Source of the DNA: Eutreptiella sp. 'Long Island Sound 2002'
Taxonomy: Eukaryota; Protista; Euglenida
Reading direction: 5' to 3'
DNA length: 64,000 bases
NCBI GenBank assembly: GCA_964036045.1
Contig: OZ038379.1
Span: 12,090,001-12,154,000 of the forward strand
Shown in pieces: positions 26,623-35,600 of the stretch. The notes below the pieces were generated by a model that had not been told where the DNA came from, searched no databases, and saw only the letters and a program-made list of their open reading frames with translations. Both the position numbers and the translations under genes were made by a program. Every line of letters begins with the position of its first letter. Position 1 is the first letter of the stretch.

Positions 26623-29600
26623 CTAGAACTCCTCGACGGTGGGGGTGCGCGCGGACGGCACGTCCGCCTCGGCCGGCGGCGGCGGCGCCTCCTTCAGCCT
26701 TGCCTCGAAGGCCCGCTCCCTTTCCGCCGCCGTATCGATCGCCTGCTGGTGTTGGTCCTCGCATTCCTGCGTGCCGTTGGGGCTGCGCGAGAACGGGATG
26801 CAGCTTGGCCCTGGAGGTGAGGACAGAATATGGGGTAGGGGGGTGGGTTGGGGGGGCGGGGGGCAGGCGGCCACCGAGGCTCTCCAACCTCCAACGGCCG
26901 ACCAGTGCCAGCGTACAACAGGAGGCAGCCAAACACGTGAGATGCAGCGGCGACACCATGACGACTGTTGACAGTGACTGCGTGAGGCACACGGCAGAGC
27001 AGCACCGGGACCCGCGACGTCTCATCAAGCCCCCGGGGCATGGGCGGGCAGTCTCCCAGTGTGCAAGGCCTTGGCTCAGACTGTCAACCGCCCCGGTCTG
27101 GAACTGTGGGCAGTCCCTGGGGGCTCCTCACGTGGGCTGGCCATACACGCAGTGCCCCCGCGCACTGCGTGTAGTAACGGGCAGTAGGGGGCCTTGGCCT
27201 GCCATGAACCCCCCCCCCCCTCCGTAGAACCTTTGTATGCCCCTTCCTCGCTTGTCCCCCTTGGGTTTTTCAATGTATTTGATGTTTGTTCCGATCACAC
27301 TGCCTTTCGTGTCTGAGTGAGTGTCGTCAAGGATTCGTAAGTATAATCCGCCAAACTCCGCCATACTCCGCCATACGCTGCCATGCTCTGCGAGACAATG
27401 CTGTACTCCGCCATACTCAGCAATACTCAGCCATACTTCTTCAAACTCCGCCATACTCCGCCAACTGCCGCCATTATCCCCCATACTCCGCCATACGCCA
27501 CCATAATTAGCAATACTCCGCAATACTCCGCCTTACTCCGCCATATCGCCCTGTCCCCCGCCATACACTGCCATACTCCGCCACACTCACCCATACTCCG
27601 CCATACTCCACCATACTCTTCTATGGGTCGCCATACTGTTGCATACTCTGCCGTACTAGGCCATAATTCCCACTACGCCATACCACGCCATACTGAGCCA
27701 TAGTGCACCATACCCCGCCATGCTCCGCCACAAGCCGCCATACTCAGCAATACTCCGCCATACTTCTCCAAACTCCGCCATACTCTGCCATATGCTGCCA
27801 TACTCTGCAATACTCTGCCATATGCTGCCAGACTACCCCATACTGCCCGATACTCCGCCAGATTCCGCCACACTTCACCACACTCCGTCATACTCCGCCA
27901 TACTCCGCCATTCACCGCCATACTCCGCCATACTCCGCAATACTGAGCCATCCTCCGCCATAGCCCGCCAAAAGCCCCCGTACTGCGCTGAACTCTGCAA
28001 TACTACGCTATACTCCACCATAACCCGCAATACTCGGCCATACTCCGTCATGCTCTGCTCTACTCCGCCGAGGGAGGTATCCCCCCCCCGCCTCAGAATG
28101 AGCAGTGGCGAGAGGCCAATAGGCGCCGCCAAAGGCAAACAATCAGATACCGAGGCCGTGTGCCAAACTCCCCCCCCCTCTGCCGCCCGTCGGGGGGTCC
28201 AACAAAAATGCCTCCGCCACTTTTGCCCCCCCCCCCCCCTCCTTCCACACCGTGTCTGTCAGTCGGGGTTGGTTCCTACTTAGGGAAAGGGCCAGCCCTG
28301 GGCCCACCAACGGAGTGGCACAATTGTGCCCTCCGGGTCCCTGGCGTGGGGGTGGTAGAGCTGCTGTCAGCAAGCCCCACGTCTTGTCGGCTGCGCCTCG
28401 CGTCGCGTGTGGGCACGCTGGGCGCACGCAGCCCCCCCCGCCCCCCCCGCCCCCAACACAGGCACAGCACAGACCCATCCAGAGGCGTCTGCAGTAGCGG
28501 AACATCCACCGCATCTTCGACACCGGCGTCCGGTTGCAGATGATGTGCACGACCTTCGCGTACGAGGGGCAGCCCCCGAAACACGCCAAGTGCACGTCCT
28601 TCTTGTTGATGGCCCCGGTGGCGAAGCGGGCCCCGTCCTTCCGCCGGGCGTCTTTGATGGCAATGGACAGCGCGGTCTGGCCTGCGGAGGAGGGGGCCGC
28701 GCGCCGCCAGGGGCCCGGCGGTGATCACACCCACAAGCCCCGGATCCCACAATCAACAACGCAAGTGCCGTGCAAACAGGGGGCATCGCACAAAATGGGG
28801 GGGGGGGTGACCTAATTAAAAAACAGACAACTGCAAACCAGAGGTAATGCACTCCAAAAAGGGAAGGGGGGGGGGGGCAACCCCTTCCCCCTTCCGGTGG
28901 GCGGGCTCCTCCCTCACGTGCCATCGTGGTGGAGGGCGGGGGCGAACTCTGTCTCTTGTGGGTGCGGTCCGGGAATGCCTACGGACTCACTTCCGCGGCC
29001 GAAGCACCGCAGGGCCAAAATGCCACAAATTGGGGTTTTTTGGGTGGCCAAAAACGTGACCACCGGGTCAAGCTTCTGCGATCGCTCAACCGCAGCACTT
29101 TCCCAAAAAAAAATGGCAGTTCATGGAATTTTTTTTTCGGAGGGGGGGGTGTCGACATGTGGCACTGGAACCGAGGATCAGGGCAACCCCCAGTGGTACA
29201 TGTCCCACACCAAATGTATCAGATGCGGCAGAGAGCACCCTCCAAACATCTCGGCTTCGTAGTCCCCGGCTGCAGTTTCAGTTGAAGTGGGCAGATACCG
29301 AGGCTTTGGGTTATCACATGGGAAGGCTTTTGCAAACGTTGGTCTGCGGCCTTACAACAATGGACCTCATGCCCTCACTATCTGCCCATTCGACTTTCAG
29401 ATGTGGAAAGTTTTTTGACCTTTTTTCAGGGGAGGGGAGGGGGGCAGCAATCTCCCCCTCCAGCACTGAATCCTCAGGGACATTTTGTGGGTTACGGGGT
29501 CTACAGTGATTCCGGCATTTCGTTCCCTCAGGGGGGGGCACCTCCCCGTGCTGCGGGGGGGGTCCATGGGTCTGGCATTCGGACTGGGGGCCGGGGGGGG

Positions 29601-32600
29601 GGGGGATAAAGGCAGAGTACGTGTGCTGGTCCGTACTTCCGGGTGTGCGCGCTGGTTTCGGTTTTGAGGAGGCGATTGTCAGCCGCACGGGGACCATCGT
29701 CCCACTGCTCCCAGCGCCGGCATGCTTGACATTCGGTCCTTCCCAAGGCCGTCAGACCTGGCGAGCGAGGGAGGATTACGGGGGGGGGGCCACTGGGGCC
29801 GTTGTCCCCCGCCCGGTGCTGCAGCCCCACTGCAGGTCGGCTTCGGAGCCCATCGTACACCGCATCACACAGCCTTTCTTGCACCAGATCCCACCGCACT
29901 TCCCAGTCTTGCCCATCCACACTCAGTCGACCCTTCCTGCACCGCTACAATCGCACACCCAATACCACGTGCTGGGGTTGAGTGCAGAATAGACCCGGGC
30001 GAAAAAACGTGTTCAAAAAAAAAAAGAGGGTGGAATAGGTGGCCTTTTGTTTTTGGGGGGGCAAACAAAGGAAAGCGAACAACACAAGGTCCCCTGAAGC
30101 ACCAGAGGGCGGTTACTGCGTTTCAAAACGGTTGTTGGCGCCGGCTGGCGCCCACAGATACAGTTGGGGCAAAGTGTCCCCCCCCCAAGAAAAGCGGCAG
30201 GGACACACGGACCAAAGACGAGGTGGTAGGAGGCATAGAGGCCGAAAGAGTATGCCGGTCGGTCCATCCGGGTGTATGTACGAGGTCGCCTTTTGAGGAG
30301 GGAATCCTCCACTCGTGGATGGGTGGGTTCGGTGCCCACCCACTGGGTCGGGGTTGAAGAGGGTGGGCTCAAAGAAACTGCGACAAGAAAAGGAAAGAGC
30401 TGGGCAGCGTGCCCGGCTACCCCTAACAGCCGGGGGAAATTCATTTTACGGTGTGAGGGTGGGACCGCTGTCCCTCCGCTCACAAGCGCTGCTGCAGCCC
30501 CATGTCCCCCCCCCCCCCCCCACGCCGGCGCCGGCAATGCGTCACACACTCAGTCATTCCCAAGACCGTGAAGTTCGGAGGGTGCCCACCACCACAAATG
30601 ATGTGGGAACTGTAACACAGGGGCCGGGGGGTGGCGGATCCCCAAGTGTCACCGATCGCTGGTGCGCTGCATGTCCGGGAATTTTGCCAATTGTTTCAGA
30701 GATTCAACGCCTGTGCAGTGTGCAGTGAAGACTTCTCCTACCAAGGCCCTGCTGCGGGGCCGAGGGAGTGCTGTGCAGTGCCTGTAGGGGGGGGGGGGCA
30801 TTACCCCAAGCCTCCTCGAGCCCCAGATGGTGATCTCTCAAACCAACAACAACCCCACGATCACCGTACAGGCTAGAGGCTCCAAGAGTCCTTGAACAAA
30901 CGGGATCATGTCACAAGAAATTGAAGATTTTACCGCGCAAATTTGGCCTCACCCTTTCAAGGAAATGCCTGTCAGTTCCACCCTAACAGCTACTGTCTGC
31001 AGCCGTCTCGCAACCGCCAACGCGGCTTTCCAGCCGCCAGTACCCGCTGGTGCAGCCCTTTCAGCCCTCCTCCCCCTCAAAGCGCACCCCTGCCCCCCTC
31101 CCCTCTTGGTACCCCCACCAGCAAATCACAAGCCCAGCCCTCTGCTTCAACGACACAAAACAGCCCTTGGATGTGGCCCTGTGGCCCATCACCGCACGCA
31201 CCACACCTGCAGCGCAATACCAGTGAGCCCACCGGTCCCCAAGACGGACCATCCTGCAAAAGAAGGGCAGAGGCCCGAGATGCAGCCCTGGCACTGGCAC
31301 TGGGGCAGCCCCATCGGACGACGCACACAGTCCCGTTCCCCATCGGACGACGCACACAGTCCCGTTCCCCATCGGACGACGCACACAGTCCCGTTCCCCA
31401 TCGGACGACGCACACAGTCCCGTTCCCCATCGGACGACGCACACAGTCCCGTTCCCCATCGGACGACGCACACAGTCCCGTTCCCCATCGGACGACGCAC
31501 ACAGTCCCGTTCGCCCTGTCAAGGGCATAAGGCGCACCGGGCGACCGCACTGCGCACACGACTGGCATGGCCATACCTCTGCACATGCCAGGCCCAGTAG
31601 GCGTACATGGTACTGATGCCGGGGCTGGGGACTGCCCGGGTGAACCCCACGTTCCAGTCATTGGGCTGGCAATCCGGCACTGAGACTTCTTTGGCGGCGA
31701 TGAACTGACTGCTTTTGTACACCCCCCTGCAACGCGTGCGCACACATGTCAGGCCACCCGCCCTGACCGCCACCGACCTCACCAACTCGCCAAACCAGAG
31801 GTTTGGTGTCTGGAAACATGGGGGAGATGGGGCGAAATGGGGGAAAATGAGGGAGAATGGGGGGAAATGGGGGCGGGGGCACACAGTATATCCCTCCCTG
31901 GCGCACAAAATGGAGGGAAATTGGGGGCAATGGGGGACAGTCGGGGAGAATGGGTGTAAATGGGGGACATTGGGGAGAAACAGGGGAGATTGGGGGGAAA
32001 GGGGGGTGAAAGGGGGGGACTGCTGGGGGGGATGAGATATGAGGACAGAAGACTTTGGATGTGTAGATGCACACTCCAGGGATGGGCAGAGCTACTTTGG
32101 GCTGCAGCCGGCAATAGTGCCGCCGGGAATGAGCTACCTACGGTGCAGCAGGACACCCCTTGGGGTTGGATGAATTCATTTGGGGAGAAGGGGGGCCAGG
32201 CTATTTATCAAGGACCCAGGGAAGGGGGGGCTGGGGCATTTGGGGCCCTGGCAAGCCCCAGACCCACCTGCCCACATCAGAAAGCTTTTCCTCTGGAAAA
32301 AAAATGAAATTCATGAAGGGCGCCCGAAATGGGAGGCCAATTTTAGGTATACACAGGGTTTTCTTGGCCTCCGACCCCCTCCTAGGGGGACGGGCCACCA
32401 TGCATCAGCCTGAGGGCGCCGTGCGAGCCTACTTTCTCACTGCCCCCCCCCCCCCCCCCCCAGCCCCAGGCCCTTGCCCAGCCGCCGACAGGGCCCACCA
32501 TGTGTGTGTGGCCGGGGGGGGGGGGGGGGACATGGCGCGCTGTTCAGTTTTGAGGCACTTTGTTGACGTGGACGACAGTAGAATGGAGGTGCACGGGGAA

Positions 32601-35600
32601 ATAGCGACCACACAGGCCAGAGGGTGGTCAGGTGTGGCCACCACAGGTTGCCCCTTCCACCACCACCCTCGTTTCCTTCTGCACACCGCAGCGTGGCGTT
32701 GTCCTGCCGATCAGTGAGGAAGTTGTGGAGTGGTGGTGATGGCCTTGCAGCAGGTGTTCTGGTAAAGCCCTTCCGACTGCTCCGTACTGGGGGGGGAGGG
32801 GGGGCTGGACGCTGTAGGGGGGCGGTGTACATGCTGCGTACATGGGAAATAGACTGCGGAGGGTCTGCCACAAAGGCTCAGTAAGTGCGCCGGGTTGGCA
32901 CATCCGGGGGTGCGCACCGGTTTGGGCGTTCAGGAGGAAATCGTGTACATCGCTTGTCCCCAGCCGCTGGGGGAAAGCGCGTTTGGTGGTGAGAGTGGGG
33001 CTGAGTGTTGTACAACTGGTATCCAGTGCCATGTCTGACCGGCTGTTGTTAGTCAAAATCAGTGCTGGGGGACAGGGGGAGTTTGCCACAACGGCTGAGT
33101 AAGTGTGCCGGGGGCGAGGATGGCCATGCAGCAACCAATCCTTAGCTCCTGAAAGGCCCCCGTGACACAGACCAGATGGTCATCGCTCTTTCATTGTCCA
33201 AGAGTACTGCTGTCCAATTTGTAAGCTGTCAAGGGCCCGGCGACACCGCAATGCGCCGTGACGTCTTCACTCAACGGAACTGCCAATTGTGGTCCTACAT
33301 TTGTGCTGCAGAGAAGTGGACTGGTCAGTCAGTGGGCCCTGGAGCCCCAGCCAGGCTTGCGCTGAGTAACCTCCCAGGGTGGGGGGGTGGGGGGGTAAGG
33401 TGAGCTGAGCGAAGGGGTAGCGCGGCTCTTTGGCAGTAACCTCAGGGGGGGAGGGGGCGGACTCGTTTGCGGCCCTGGCCCACCCCAACCGACCCACCCA
33501 CCCACATCAGAAAAGTTTTCCCGAGGGAAAAAATGAAATCTATAAAAGGACCTGATGTTGTAGACCAATGTCAGGTACACAACCTCGGTATTGGCCTCTC
33601 CCTCCCTCCCTCCCCTCCGAGGACAAGTCAAGTCAAAAAAAGTCACCCGCCACCCAAAGCACCAACCCGGCTCCAGTCCCCATCTCTTGGGGGCTGGCCT
33701 TTAACGGGAGGGGGGCATGAAGAACCTCACAGAATCACTCGGGTTCAACCAGATTGTTGCGTGGCTGTGAGACAGAGTGCGACTTTGTATGGCTCCTCAA
33801 GGACAACGCATGGCTCCATCAGACACCCCCAAATGTTCCTTGGCTGGGGTCCCAATGTTGCAAGGGTTCAGTTGGGACGGATTCAGGGGGAGGGAGGAGG
33901 GGGGGTGTGCCATGAAGCCTGCACAAGTCGGTCGGTCGGTCCATCCGGGTGTATGTACGAGGTCGCCTTTTGAGGGAGTGCTGTCGGAAATGCATTGTAC
34001 GACACGTCGGGGCGTCGTACAAGGCGTCGGGGCCCGACGCGTCGGGAGCGTACGACGCGTCGTACAGTGTCGTACAAGGCGTCGGGGCCCGACGCGTCGG
34101 GGATGTACGACGCGTTGTACAGTGTCGTACAAGGTGTCGTACAGCACCAACACCGTACGACACAGTACGACATAGTACGACCGCCCTCCCCCTCTAGGCG
34201 GGTAAACGATGGCAGCGGACCGTCTTGGGGGAAGGGGGCCTTCGGCCCCCTTCCCAAATATTGGCACTTCGCGTCTACAACATGCCGACAGTGTCTACAA
34301 TTAGCAGGCCGCGTCTACCTGTGGTGCACAGTGTCTACAGACCCCAGACCGCCCTCCCCCTGTGCAGAGTGTTGCTTAATAGAAGGGGGGGGGCAGAGTG
34401 TTGTTTAAGAGAGGGGGGGGGGCAGAGTGTTGCTTAAGAGAGGGGGGGGGGCAGAGTGTTGCTTAAGACACTGTACGACGCGTCGTACAGTGTCGTACAA
34501 GGCGTCGGGGCCCGACGCGTCGGGGATGTACGACGCGTCGTACAGTGTCGTACAAGGTGTCGGGGCCCGACGCGTCGGGGATGTGCCTGCCCGGCTACCC
34601 CTAACAGCCGGGGGAAATTCATTTTACGGTGTGAGGGTGGGACCGCTGTCCCTCTACTCACAGTTACTGCTGCAGCCCCATGCCCCCCCCCCCCCCCCCA
34701 CGCCGGCGCTGGCCATGCGTCACACACTCAGTCATTCCCAAGACCGTGAAGTTCGGAGGGTGCCCACCACCACAAATGATGTGGGAAGTGCAACACAGAA
34801 AGTAATTTTACGGTGTGAGGGTGGGACCGCTGTCCCTCCGCTCACAGTTACTGCTTCAGCCCCGTGGCGTCCCGCCCACGCCGGCGCCGGCAATGCGTCA
34901 CACACTCAGTCATTCACAAGACCGTGAAGTTCGGGGGGGGGGGGGGGGGTGGCCTTCCTGATTTGAGTTTTTACGTTCAACCACAAGCCCAGGGCTCCCA
35001 GGAGATGACAGGCCTGGACTGAGTGGACGAGGGGGCTGCTGGAACACCAGCACAACCTGTCCGCAAGCAGCCACACATTGGCTGTGAATGCAACGTCTGC
35101 GTCCAGCGATAGAATGGAGTACCCACTGTTGATGGCATGGACCTTGAAAACAACAAAAGGGCGGAGGCAGGAGGCAGCCAGGCAGTGGGATGGGGAGCAT
35201 GGCAGGTCAGGGGGGGGTAGGGTGTCCCGGAATCGGTTCTGCACGCCTTTTGATGGGGAGTCCGGATGGCATCCCCCTCCATTTGGCCACAACGGACTGC
35301 GGTGAGGTGGTAAATCCAGAGACGCCGCTGGTGTTGCCTGGGTTACTCTGTGCCCGCGGCACTTACCGCACGCAAAAGGAATTCTCAAGACTTCACACAA
35401 AATTGTGGCCCCTGATCTATTGATGCAGATTTCTGCCGAGGGCGGAACGGCCGCGGTACCCCCCCCCTGTGTGACCTTCCGTCGGGTTGCGGCTTCTCTA
35501 CGGGGCCCGGGACGGTCACCCGTTCTTCCCTTCGCATGTTGCGTCGGGTGACCCCCCCGGCGCCCACAAACACACGCAACAGGGGCATCGACAGGGCACA

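Noticed and set aside
28475-28681. GQTALSIA as an ankyrin repeat gene
   Set aside because: Phase-matched splicing places it in the glycosyltransferase, where it fits the W.DQ..-like motif; there are no other ankyrin repeats.
31309-31511. CRISPR-like 29-bp repeats
   Set aside because: Units are head-to-tail with no spacers, there are no cas genes, and the context is a eukaryotic intron.
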